The translations under genes and the position numbers were made by a program. DNA of 64,000 nt from Phoronis australis (taxonomy: Eukaryota > Animalia > Phoronida), in the NCBI GenBank assembly GCA_002633005.1, contig NMRA01000105.1, positions 408,662 through 472,661 on the forward strand, given 5' to 3'. Under the pieces are notes generated by a model. That model saw only the letters and a list, made by a program, of their open reading frames with translations, made no database searches and had not been told where the DNA came from. Positions 1-30,200 of the stretch are shown here, in pieces. Each line of letters opens with the position of its first letter. Positions within the stretch are counted from its first letter, which is position 1.

Positions 1-1490
1 AATTGTAAAATCTAAAGAAATCAACAGCATCAAAAAAGATCGAGGAGAGTCTTTGATTGGTCAAGGCAAAATTAATTCACAGCTCCTGTGTGCAGGCGAG
101 ACCACACCAGTGTCAAGTGGCTTTTGCTCGATGGTAAGTTACTATGACACTGGCACAACTGAATTAAATTACACCACTGACTAATTATAAAATCAAGGTA
201 CGTGTAGTTGACCTTGACCTCCAACTTGTTGCATAGGATGAAACTGGTGATGACCTAAACCCAAAAACTAAGTTAATTCAAAAACATACAGAGATAAACC
301 ACAACGACACTGCAGCTTAGACATAGTCAACAGTCTGACACCAGACAGGTACAGGCGACATCAATTATTCACAGTTTGAAATTCACACAGTATGAGATCT
401 TCAATTTATCAAGATAATGAATGTAGGCCTCTCATTCCCAGGTTTATCACACCTAGCCTGATGTGACCCTCAAGAGCACTTTTCTAAATAATATAAAATA
501 GCACAATTGAAAAGCCAAATTCAAAAGAAGAGATAATATCAAGGATCATTAGTCATAACAAGCTTCCTGATCTTTCACACAGTAGGCTACAATGTACTCG
601 AGTGACCTATACATTTGAGCAAAACATCACAGGATTTGTCTGAATCAGTGAATCAATCCGGCAACAACACTGGTAAGATTTATAGCAGTCTCTGCTTTAG
701 AGAATAAAGCATTCACTGAATAATGAACCTGCTATTTAGTGGATGAAACTGGTTCTCCAGACCAGAGACCGCAATATTCAACTAGAGCTCCAGTTTCCAA
801 ATGGCGTAAACAAACCATAGCAGGCACAAATTCGGTCAATATTCTTAAACTTTAATTTGAAGTTTCACCAAAGCACACATTGCCGTAAACACACAGCCGC
901 AGGAAATTACTTTAGGCATTTGTGTAGGCTGAAAAGTTTGTAACTGTTGGGTACTTTATTTTAAGTTCATTGACCCACCATTCATAACCGGGAGTGAAAC
1001 CTTTCGACAAGTCCCGAGACAGTGACGTACTGTAGTGAAGTTGGACGAGGATAAATAAATCACCGATAAAGCTCTGTCTACGTCTCATCATATCAAAGAT
1101 GTACTCACTATGGACTTCAGAGTGATCATATATATTCTTTAGATGTAGATTTTCAGTAATTACAAGCAATCGAGAAGAGATTTTGAGAGAAATTTGTACA
1201 AGTAACTTACCCACTTGTGGATTTCTTTCGACACTCCTTGAACTGACCGGATTAAATTACGCATGCGTGAAGACTTACCTATGGCGCTTGCGACATCTAT
1301 TGGGCAGGTGAATCACTGAATGCACAAACTTGAAGTTTCGGAGCCAACGCTGAAGTGATTAAAAGTTACATTTCCCCTTTTTAGATGTCTCAAGACGAAA
1401 ATTAAATTAATTTTTACTCTCATAAAATCGCTCGTTTAATATTCCTTACCGTGATAAAATTTCCAATGAGATCTCGGGGAGTCAGTCATA

Positions 1491-1724
1491 TTGACAAGGT
1501 ACACGCAGGCGTGTACAAAAATATATTGCGGGCCGGGGTAGGCGGTACTTTTTCAGCAAGTTTTGCGGCACCCGCGTGGAGTCCAATAGGCTCCTAAATT
1601 TCCATTTCGTGGGGGTGAGGCAAAAAAATCTACTCCGCAAAACGAGGTGGTATTAGTAGACCTGGCACCCGCAATAAGGGGCCTCTGAGCAATTTTTGGT
1701 ACACGCCTGCGGGCACCTTGTCAA
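1491..1724. mobile_element. MITE-like element with ~32-bp imperfect terminal inverted repeats
   Basis: ttgacaaggtacacgcaggcgtgtacaaaaat at 1491 vs atttttggtacacgcctgcgggcaccttgtcaa ending 1724; inner tattgcggg / cccgcaata also pair. Confidence 0.7.
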
Positions 1725-2742
1725 CTAATGAGATAAAATATAACACGTTACTTCATTGGAATTTTCATTACAAACAAGAGCATTGACACCATCAATGACT
1801 CCAGGAAAAAGGCTTAAAACTATTAATTAAGAGTTGAACAACCTTATGTGATACCCAACTACTGACACTAAGATCTCTAGATTGACACGTATTCTCTTAT
1901 TATTCGTTTGTTTGACACGTGGATATGTGTTTAGAAACATGATATGGTAATATCAAAATAAGGCTGATATTGGACTCAATGTTCAACGGAACATTTGTAC
2001 ACCAGTTTCTCACTCCCTGGAAATGTCGAGGAAAACCAAATTGATTGAATGTTAAAGGTTGTTTCTGAGCTTGGTTTAATTTACACCCTTTCTTAATTTA
2101 AATTAAAAATGAAGGCGATCGTTGATGAATCTTTGCCTGGTGAAGAAGAGCACGACTATTCCACTTCGCCGCTCAGTCACTCAGTGCGTTCTGAACGAAA
2201 AAATGTAGGTTTGAAGCTAGTAAACTAAAAATTTAACACCTCAAAGTCCGCCATAAAGGTGATTGGTCCGACAGTTGCTTGTTTTTTCAAGGAAAGGCGG
2301 CTCGTTGAAATTGTTTTGAATTTAGTAACTTGTGCGTGGGCGGCGCGGCGCTGAAAAAGGTGGGGGTCTACAACGCTTTAAAAATCTGCATTTTATCCCC
2401 CTAAAAATATCCGGGGAAATCTTTGAAAGTACGTCGTTTGACACAGTTGACTAAATGCGGAAATGGAATTAGTCCTTTAATTCTCATACATGTAAATTTC
2501 TGTTACCAACAAGAGTATCATTGAAACCACTAGCGACTCAAAAACATGGTTTGGAGTTTATTGGGGTTCTTCAATCCTAAAATTCCGAATTCGGACATGC
2601 GCACTTCATGTGGCTGAGTTGGAAACAGAAATGAATACAGTGAAGAATACCATGACGCCGACTTTATGAGAGAAAAAGGTCTAATTCTATTTTCGTTTTT
2701 GAGCCAACTTAACAAGGCGAAATGCAGCTTTAAATGTACTCT

Positions 2743-2853
2743 CTGTTGAACTGCGTCAATGTGCTGTTGAACTGCGTCAATGTGCTGTTGAACTGCATCA
2801 ATGTACCGTTGAACTGCGTCAATGTGCTGTTGAACTGCGTCAATGTGCTGTTG
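2743..2853. repeat. 21-bp minisatellite, ~5.3 copies, upstream of SARS1
   Basis: Unit ctgttgaactgcgtcaatgtg repeated head to tail. Confidence 0.95.
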
Positions 2854-3420
2854 CAGTTTTACTATTTATACTAATAATTGTATCATTTCTTCTGAATAGA
2901 CAAAAAATGCAACTGAACTAATTTCTAAAGTGGGAATAAATAAAAATAAAAGAGAAGACGTATCAGATATTTTAGTTTTACTTTTTGTAAATCGACTTCG
3001 GACTATTCAATGTACGTGTTCTCATTCGCGAACATCAAGTATATATGAACAACTTAAAGCGGTGGTCATTGCAGGTCTTCTAGTTCACGGGACGCATTAC
3101 ATAAGAGTTTATTCGGTATACGTCAATAATAAAACATCTTTATTCGCTTCGAAATGTCACTATTGGGGCTTCCGTAGAAACATTTTCAAGTTGTTGTAGA
3201 CTAAAATGTTTAAAATTTTGACAAGACTCGAATATATTCTTTATTGTCAGCTATGGTGTGAAACCATATGGTAGATACAATAAAAAGGCCTAGTACTGGA
3301 ATAAAATTACCAAATTAATGTCTATTTTGAATTGTTTGTTCACGTTTTGAATCAGTTTTGCACACGGTTTTCCTAGCGAGTGTTACGCGTTTCACTTTAT
3401 TCACACATAAAGTGGACGAT

Positions 3421-3463
3421 AGATGGCGGGATTATGCTAACCCGGAAACAAACTTTGCGCATG
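3421..3463 (+). promoter_or_regulatory. Probable SARS1 core promoter / 5' UTR with housekeeping-type motifs
   Basis: agatggcgg (YY1-like) 3421-3429, ccggaa (ETS-like) 3442-3447, tgcgcatg (NRF1-like) near 3456, 40-80 bp upstream of the ATG. Motif matches only. Confidence 0.45.
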
Positions 3464-3503
3464 ACCACATTTGCCACATTTGCCGGTGACTGCGAGCGCA
3501 AAG

Positions 3504-20242
<16,739 letters not shown>

Positions 20243-20738
20243 TGGAATGTGTCTGCTATCATGTAGTATTTAAAATTGTCTTCTTGTCTTAATAACCGAC
20301 GCACAGTGCTTATGGGTCAAAACAGATTATTTAATAATCTATTGCAGAAACTGTTATTTCCTCGTACAAAAGAGTTGCCAAAATAATGTTTTCAGAGACA
20401 GGTTATATTGCAGCAACAGCCAAAATTTTACCTAGCGTTGTTTCCTATCAGCTGTATGGTAGAGACCACTATTGAAGAAGTTTGGCTTTCGAATAGGATT
20501 TCTTTGAAATAATATCCATCTGGTGAGGCCAGGAGGAATCTTGTTTATTTGTTCATTAGGTTAGAGTTCCTGATGGTCTGTTGGCAAAAAAAGCAGTCAC
20601 ACAAATTTCAATAGTTATCTTCTTTTGTAAGTTTTAATCCACAAGAGGAGGTGTAGTTTTACATGACCCTGATGATATTTTGAAATCAACAAGACAGTTA
20701 CTAATGAAATACATATTGTAATACATGTACCAATATAA

Positions 20739-20744
20739 AATAAA
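20739..20744 (+). terminator. Candidate SARS1 polyadenylation signal
   Basis: AATAAA ~500 bp after the stop codon. Confidence 0.45.
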
Positions 20745-21211
20745 TGGTCACATAACATCTCTGTAATGATTGAGTTGACAAAGAATCAGAAGAATTCTTG
20801 ATGAACATATCTCAATAGACAGGAATGTTCAAAAATGAATCGTTTCAGAAGTAAAGTATTACAAAAGTTTAAAAATACATATATTTGATAAAAGCACATA
20901 GAATGTACAAGTAAAAAGATAAAAGAAGTTTGGTCCAGCCAGAACTTCATTAAATATGGAATGCAGATACTTCCAGTTAACAGTAATAATGCTTTTCTGC
21001 GTTTTCTGAACTAAACTTCATTTAGAGTCTGTAAATTATATAAAAAAATTAAAAAGTTACAGTATAAAGCATCCACTTAATAATATAAGAGTTTGCAACA
21101 GGAGTCTAGAATATAGTTTCATAAGCTAACACAGTTGATCCATAAAGATGAATCTGTGTAGTTTCAGGCAAAAACAATCGCTCTGCTGGCAACATTACCA
21201 ACAAAGATATC

Positions 21212-24200
21212 TCAAGCAACAGGAATTCCATTTACAATTCTCAGCTTGGCTTGGGCTTTAGCTTTATCACTGGACACGGTTATGACCTACAAGTAGTCGG
21301 AAATGAAAAATAACTTGCAAAAATCAATCGGGGGGGNAACAATCAATGTGTGAAGGAAGTCGTTTCTTAAAAAATTACTCGCTGCTAGAGTTAGTAGCAG
21401 GTTTGTTGAACATGATTATAGAGTGAAGTACAAAATATATTAAGACATCTGAAATGGCAAATTAATGCAAATTAGCTCCAACACAGACAATTGAAAAATC
21501 GATAGTGCTTACGGGAAATTTTGTAGGTTCTTCTAAGACACAAAAACAAATCTTAATACTTCCTGTTTTAACACACACGTACATACAAATACAAGTTGCA
21601 TGTCTCAGGTGGGGGATACACACTATATTGGTATGAAATTAATACAGCAAATACCTTTTACTGAAGACGAACAGGCAATTAAACATGCTGGGTTTGAAAG
21701 TGGGAAACCGTATGTGTTGATTTTTATCACATACGAAAACGAATTCAAAGCACAATTTTTCGAAAATGCTTTATTTTTTCTTGATACAATAGAACTTACA
21801 TAAGTTGGATTTCACCTGACCAAGTAATTCTATTACAGCAAAGTGAAATGTGACTTGCATGAAAGGCCAAGGGCAAAAAGAAGAACGACTGTTGTTCAGA
21901 ACTTTAGCGAAAATCCGACGGATGCATGATTGTCCAACTTATGGCAGGTCTATTTTATGTGTTCAGCATAATTTTGGAGCTAACACATAAAATGACCTAC
22001 CTGAGGTGGGTTGCATACCATGTCTGTCTGGGGACAGTCACTGGATACTTGGGCATATATGTATCAACAAAATTTCCTTTTGTCCACACTTGGGCATGTT
22101 ACACGTTTTGGGTACGATTCTAACCACAAGGGGGACGGTATTTTTAATGATTTTCATGTTAATACAGGGCAAAAGAATGTACTGCCAAAATCACCCGTGG
22201 TGGTAAAAATAGAGGTAAGGTGGCTGCCAAAATTTTTAAGAAATATGGGAAAAAATCTTCGGAGAAATGCCATCATTGCAACAGCAGATGAAACATTTTC
22301 TGTAAAACTTTGTTACTTTCGTCTATTTCCAGGAGCAAAAATGAGGCCTGAGGTAATGTCCCCTGTCATCTGTATGGCTCATCACTAGATGTGCTTTGTG
22401 CTTTACATAAAACCAAATTATCAGGGTTACATTTTGAAAAATAGTACACTTTGCATTGGTGCGATTTTGTTGTACTTGGTATATTGTTTTAGTTGCTTTT
22501 TCAAAATCCCTCGTTCAAATGCATGTACCCAAGTACTCGGTGATTGCCCCCCTGGGATGAAATCATGAATTATGCAATAAAGAATAAAAAAACATAGTCG
22601 TTCTCTAACAGAGTAACACACAAACGATATATTCACACGAAAAACAAATGTTCACAGCAATTTTTTGCGACATGTCATATCCAAATGGCACTGTTATCTG
22701 ATGCAGTTAAGGTTGAAGACTTGTCAGCTGAATTCACAAAAATCAGAACCACGCAAATACCTCGTCGCAATGAAAAGCCATGCACTCTGACGCAGTTGTC
22801 ACTTTCAATGACATGTCTGAATTTGTTTTAACAGGAACTATATGCAAATATGATCTAATGTTCAAGACCTTGTCAAACTAAACGTAAAAGGTACAAACCA
22901 GTGCAACGTAATCTCACACGGTACTTACTCTTTCCAATTTCTTGAGAAAGAAAGGTCAGATTTAGTACAAAGTCGCTAAATGTAGACAAGACAACAGCAT
23001 GAAGTCCCATATATGTTAGAAGCTGCAGTACATTTTGCATTAATTATGCTAATTCAAAGTGAAGACAAGAAGAAGCAGGCAAATGCCTAACAAAGCTTTC
23101 TGTAATCTACAGAGAAAAACGGTCTTCTACCACAAAAGTGAACAATGACTAACCTTTGAACCCCGCTGTTTTTGGAACAAGAACTTAGGATACTGAACAG
23201 AAGCATGAGCCAAGAGAGCCTCTCGAAACTCCTGAACGGTGGCGCTCTGGAACCATTTGCTTCTCAGCTTGTCATTGTTACGCTACCAGGGAAAAATACA
23301 TGAAAAACTTTTTAATACAAAAAAACTGAAAATCTTAGGATCTTATGAATATAAAATAGAACTGCTTTTCTTCACAAAAGTCAGAAGCACTGGCATTGTA
23401 AATCTCCTCGCAAATAGTAGGAACAATATGATAAAAATATATAACAACCATTATCTTATTTGGCTGGAGTAGTTAACCAATGGAAGAGTTCAAAGAGCTA
23501 CAGTTGAAATAAAACAAAGCACGACATGGATGGATAAATTTCTAGAAAAGTAATCAACAAACCATGTCTGCCAGTTCAAATCGTCCATGAAATCCATGAT
23601 CAGGGTCAAGGTTGTTGAGATCTATGATGACCTGACCCAGGGAGTCGAGGTCAGATCCATCGTCGCCGTAGTCTAATACATGAAGAGTCACATATCTAAT
23701 AGAAACAAGACAGAGAATTTACACTTTTATACGACTGCATATCAGTTCCAAAAAATTTAATACCTCATTGAAAACAACTGAAACAAAAATAGGAATCGAG
23801 CAATTACACGTATTCTAGAATAGGAAAGTATAACACCAAAACAGAATGATGTAAATTCAGTGTACTTTTTGCCTTTGGCTACCTTTGCAGGAGTAGCTAC
23901 TAAATTAGTAATGAGCCATGTTGTTAAAGGAGAATGCCACCCGATTTAATTAGTCTTTTTTGCCGTCTTAATAGGTCTATATCCACATCGCCTCCCGTAC
24001 GGTAGACCTTACCTTGCCGAGAGGTGTCGCGTTAACCTGTGAGGAAGGTGAGAAACGACGCTGGCGACGTCAGTGGTTCATATGCAGAGTAAATGCCGCT
24101 ATGTTGCGGTGCATCGTGCCCGCCTGTCCGAACTAAGCAGCTGCGAGGAAAGCGGGTATATAGTATTTTTTTACTTCCTCGAGAGTCCGAAATGCTTACT

Positions 24201-27200
24201 AGGAAGTGGCTCATGGTAGTGAAGAATGAAATGTACGCTGCAAATAGCAAGTATGAGGCCGTGAAACATCTCCGTGTCTGTGGCCTGCAGACGTCGACAG
24301 TGCCTCACGAATGCCGGCTTACCAAATAACTCCATACGTTCCGTTGTCTGACCTTGTTCACGACACCTCTCTAGTATTTCTTCATCAATGTATTCCTGTT
24401 CGAATAGTTAGCCTGTAAAGCTTAACGATCCACCTGCGAAGTAGGGACTGATGAGCTCTAGCTCGTCCTAAGTTGGGATTGCGAGTTGCCATTTTGGCGT
24501 TTATTATTGGGCGTTCTGTTTCAAACTGAATTGTTCTCACCCTAACCAATACTAATATAAAACTGAAACAAAGTCTGTCTCATAAGATGCAATTTGTAAT
24601 GCCTTTAGAGTGTTCGTGAGTGCCAGCAATGAATAAATCACTGCGTTACTGGCTTTAGGTGCAAACTAATTGACGGGACACCTAAGGCCGTGTGAGCTCA
24701 TGCTAATTTAGTGTTTGCTGGCAGAAACTGTTGTGGAACAACTTGATTTCCATCCCACGGCCAGGTGTTAGGGGAATCTTAATTTACATTTACATTACTC
24801 AAATAACGATTGTCAATGTACAACGTCTGCTCTGACGGTGCTGTAGCCACTGAACTTGAAAGCGGAACCTGAATTCGATGAGTAAGTAGATTTGCAATTT
24901 CGTGGCTAATTCACCAACATAATCAGGTGCAAATTACTTTGGCTCACTAGTATAGTATTTTCTTGACTGGAAGTTTAGTTTCCACTGAACTTTGGCTGGT
25001 TTATGTTCGTGATGTTTGATTAGTTGCTGAGCCACTGGCGGGGATAACGAGTCAATACAGCCGGCCGCGACGGGCCTGATCGGGCTCCGAGCCACTGGCC
25101 AGGCTAACAAGCGTTTTGCGTTGAGAATTCAAAAAATCACAAGTCTAAACAACACAGATCTAGGTTCTCCTGTCTGTATCTCACGGAAAATACTTCGAAA
25201 TTATCTCCAAACAGACCTCAAACTCCTGCTACGGACCTTATTGGCCTGCCGAACTTTGTAGGCTACGGTGTGTCCAAATACTAATAAATCCGTAAGAGCG
25301 AAGTAAAACAACACGTTTTTATAAGAACTCGGTGTATTTTTAAGGGTTTTGCATCGAAGTTTGATGATTTATTGTTGTTAAACGATGACTTTAAGCGATA
25401 AGCTGACATCAGTAACCCGTGTTGTGAACTGCTGAACAGGCTGCGTGTGAAACCGATGACGTCATTGGATAATTTCAACACCTCCGTCTACCGTCAGGTG
25501 TCAGGTAACGCAACCGTACGTATCGTTATGGAGCAGAACTACTCGATCTAAATTGATACAAATTAGGTTGTTTTTTGGGTGGCATGCTCCTTTAAGTAAG
25601 CAACAACTTTCACAGTATACAGTTGACAGACAAGTTATGAAAGTACAAGAACAGTTTTCATAAGAGATGCATCTCTGTATGACAATGAAAACTGACTGAT
25701 GAGAAGTGGTTCCAAATCACTCCAACACTACCATACAGCTGTCATGTACAGTTAAAGTTACGATATTGTTGAGAAAAATGGTCTCCTGAAATCAGCCCAG
25801 TCCAGATTTGAGCAGGAACTACTGACTGGCTAAACCACATTTGACACGGTATTCTAAATGTGTATAACAGGTCAACGGCCGTGACTACAGCGATTATTAA
25901 TAAAAAATGCATTAGTTTTTATTGTTTTGCAGATCTGGTGAAAGTTAATACTGTAACTCTTCACCCATTTCGCACAAAAATAATCACCAAAATTGTCACT
26001 TTTCCAAATAATGGAAAATTTATCAAGCGTTATTTCATGACAATTACACACAACAAACCACATTCAGTAAAAGACTAAAGTTTTCTTAAACTTTATTCTT
26101 GTGGAGAAATTTAACAAAGTAGAATTTCATTTGTTGGCCATATTGTGTGCTAAATAAATGAAGAATTATCATAACATCAAAAAGATTTCATCATCCAACA
26201 ACAATCCCAGAATGCATTCTTTGAACACAACACTGATAACGTCCCTTTAAGGGGAGATACCTGAATTCAAACTCTTCAACAGGAATGCTGAACTCAAATG
26301 ACTGACCCCACTCTGGTTCAACAGTGTGCTCAATAACCTACAACAGACAACGAGAAATACATGGTGGGGAGTGGGCATTCTCTAGCAGCAGACCAGGAAC
26401 ATGAATAAGGTAAGAAATTTTAATTTATAAATCATTTGCATAAGCGAGTATCCTACTTCATTTGTTTCTCATCCTTGTTTAAATAATTTAAGTTTGGCTC
26501 TACTGAACTCAATACTCTAAGACCATAAAGCATTTGCAATCACACTTCAATTTTATATGGATTTCACACAAGGTATGTTTCAATACCTGTCCATCAATAA
26601 CCGATGAACCACTCACAGAATGGATCAGATTATTAATTAGGATACATTAGGCTGTTCCCCAAGACCAATTTCAACTCGACGCAGAAAATATTTTGCATTT
26701 GCAACGAGTTTAGGTCACCAGCAAAACATTTGAACTTGTGACAAATTTGTTATTTGCAAAGTACGCAGCGACGTTTATTGGCGTTCAGCACATCTTTCTT
26801 ATTCTGTACTAAGACAATACGGACTGGAATTTGTAATGTGTATATTAAATCTAATAACTCTTGTACACAAGGCTTGGACTGACCAATGACAAAAAAGAGG
26901 AAAATTTTCCAGGTAAAGTATCATTCCACAAATAAATAGGCTTGTGTGATAAAAATATTTTTGGGTTGTAAGATTTAATTGAAATAAACGCTTTTGCATG
27001 AATGAAGTCATGACAAAATAATCATAAAAAAGAGACGAAAGAGGAGAAAACTGGAAATCAAATAAAAGGAAATCAAAATCAAAAAAGAGGAAATCCTCTT
27101 CAAATAGGAAAATTCCAAGCCCTGTACGTAGTTTTCATTATCTGTTGTGGAAAACATTACACCTCAAAAATACTTACCTCAGTCTCATACACCTGGGCCA

Positions 27201-30200
27201 CACCTGGGATGGATACCTTGACAAATGGGTTGGGCTTCTCATCTATGTCCCTCTCTATCAGGCCTAGTGCCCGGTGGATTGTGACGACAAGAGTGGACGG
27301 CATGGTAAAGGACAGGCTGACCTCTAGGTCACCAGAGATGGACAGGTCAGTCTAGGTGAGCAAATTGAAAAATATTTTAACACTTTCATGAGTCAGACAA
27401 GCATATTATAACTGTCTGTGACCGTCAAACCAGTCCATTAGATAAGTCAGATTTTGCCTTACTTAGAAAATCTCTAAGTCCACTTGGAGTTAATTTCTGC
27501 AAGTTTTACTGCAAACAAACCGACTTCAAAATCTTCATCCTTATTGTAAAAATCTTTGGTACGCAGTTCAACACTTCAGAGTGTACAGGTACATACTATC
27601 AGTTTGTAAATCATCCACCAAGCATATGAATACTGTTAACATTTCAATTAAAACACATATAGCAGACGTATTTTGCACGTTAGAAGAGCAAGAGCCTCCA
27701 TGACAGCCGTCTGCCTCACAATAAGCCATACGTATCTTTTACGACCTCACCTCCATCTGCAGAGAGTACCAAGCTGTGTGCACAGGGTTCGAGTGGAATG
27801 CAAAATCGGCCAGCTGGACAATGCACTCTCCCATAAAGTCATCACGGCCCATGATGTCTTGGTCCCACACCTAGCCAACAAACATTAACAGTTCAGCGGT
27901 AAAAACAAGCCTGTGCAAAACTCAGTAAAGTTGAACTCTTGCCACATACTTTAAAGGACACTAAAACCCGTTTTAGTAATTTCATCCAATTGATCTATCG
28001 CCAGGATTTTGAGTGACGGCTTAACTGACCAATTAGAACGTAGCATTTTTGAAACACCTTAGTTTCCAAGCCGCCATTTTACCCGACAAACAACACGTTA
28101 CTAAGTATAACTTATTGTTTGTTTGTAGATATTTTGCAAGGGGCGGAGCTTGCGATATGTCAATTATCAGGCTGTACCCTGCTAATGCATCATAGGCGAC
28201 TCACTAGAGTGATAAAGGCAGGATTCGACTAAACCATACCCTCGGCTGAAGAATGGATATTACCGCTCTTGGTGGCTGGCCTTTCCACAGCCTAAAGCAT
28301 ACATCAGCCATATCCGTTTAGCAGACCGTGTAAGGAGTTATCAAAATTTGTTCCAAACTTTTGAAGGTTAACCACGGTTACAGATCATTATTTTATTGCA
28401 AAGAACTGGATGGGAAAGTCATTGCCGATATTTGTTAATTCAAATCTGCATGCTTGTAACAGATTCATTAGAAAATGAAATTACGCCATAAGAACACTCC
28501 ACACACATGTTCCACATTTTTCACAATCACAATTGAAATCAAGCAAACTATTAAGATTTGTGAACTCAGTACAAAGGACACGGGCATCCGTGAAAAGCTG
28601 AGCATCAAAGAATTATTACACTCATACAAACACTTGAAATACATGACGGAAATACCTGACCCATTAAAACATTCACTGTCTGTTAAATATACCTGTGCAA
28701 TGATTTTGGTGGTGCCAAGCTCTAATTCTTCCATTGGGAAGGAAAAAATTTCATGATAGGTGGGATTACGTGGCTGTTGAGAAACTTGAGTAGTCTTACT
28801 TCCCGACCGATGCTCATCAGGGAAAATGGTGAGCTGAAAAACAGAATTGCAATCAAAGTATAATGTTAGCAAGACCCACCAATGTAGCGCTCTGCTGGCA
28901 GACAGTCTTCTACATTGTAACACAAACGACTCTTGTTTTTTATTATCTAGTGTCCACATACAATGGCATTCGAGTGACACTTAGAAAAGCTCTAAAGTAA
29001 AGAAACCAGTTGGCTCCCTAATGTTGAACGTTATTGTGAAGCAAGTTACATAAGTTTTGTTATTTTCGTACCTCAATGAACAATGATATCTACCATCTAC
29101 TTGCAAAGTTGTGAATAATGTCTATGACGTATGTATGTGCTAGTGTTATTAAAGTGCTCAATCCACCAGTTTCACACTTTCATACTAGTACTCTGATTGC
29201 TTTACCTAATTACAATTTCTAATTGCAGCTTCTAATTACATTTTCTGATTTCAAATAAAGTATAATACAAAAAATATCAATATTTGTGATTTTTTTAATT
29301 AGAAATTCAGACCTTAAAGCGACATATTAACGAGTATTTTAAATATCAGGGATTTAGCTACAATGAAACCTACTTTGTACATGATGACAATGTACAATCA
29401 CTCATAAAGAAAATATATTTTGCAATTAATGTTTTTATGGAATAAACTGTCACCAAAAATTGAGAAAATACAAAGGCAATCCATGTACTGGCTCAGAAAA
29501 GTCAGTATGGATTTTAATCGGCAAAATGAAATGCAAGGTGAGGGAATGAAAAGTAATAATACATTTTTTATTTTTGAAAATTAACTTATTGCTGGTTCAT
29601 TTAACATACATTTTATGAAAGAAATGAAAGTGACATATAGTCTTCTTACCAATGCAAGACTTGTCGTAATGTTAGTTGTAAAGTTCACGTGGCGTTTTGA
29701 CATACTCGTCGGCTCTGGTTTTGTTCTCATACTTGTGCTAGTTTCTGGCAAGTGCTTTCTTCCATGGAAAAGCATTAACAGCCACAGCATGACTGAAAGC
29801 TGCATTGTCAAAACCACAGCAAACACAGCACATGACCGCAGTCAAAATTTCAGATTAAAAAATTTGAAAACATCAAGCAACGTCTCCGCAACCAAATATC
29901 AAAAATGGAAAGCCACAGTGTGCTACATTGGTTGTTCACGCTACTCAAGACAAAAAAATACTGAGCCAGTTTTTGCTAACTTTCTGTAATCTGTGCTTCC
30001 AAGACCTCAGCATGGTCTAATTACTCATTTTCAAATCGAACTTCACATCAGGCCTTTATGCAGCGTATGTCCTAGCACTAATGTGGACGCCCTAGAAAGG
30101 ACACCCAATGTATCATTTGGAAGCCCACTATCAATATGAACCTTTCAAGTTTGGATACACACATTGTAATGAATATTAGGAAGCCTATGAAGACTCACAG

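Noticed and set aside
912-1214. 100-aa minus-strand ORF
   Set aside because: Non-ATG start overlapping a donor-like site; no recognisable protein motif and no consistent exon chain.
21337-21337. Single N after a G run
   Set aside because: Sequence ambiguity in an intron; no biological inference.
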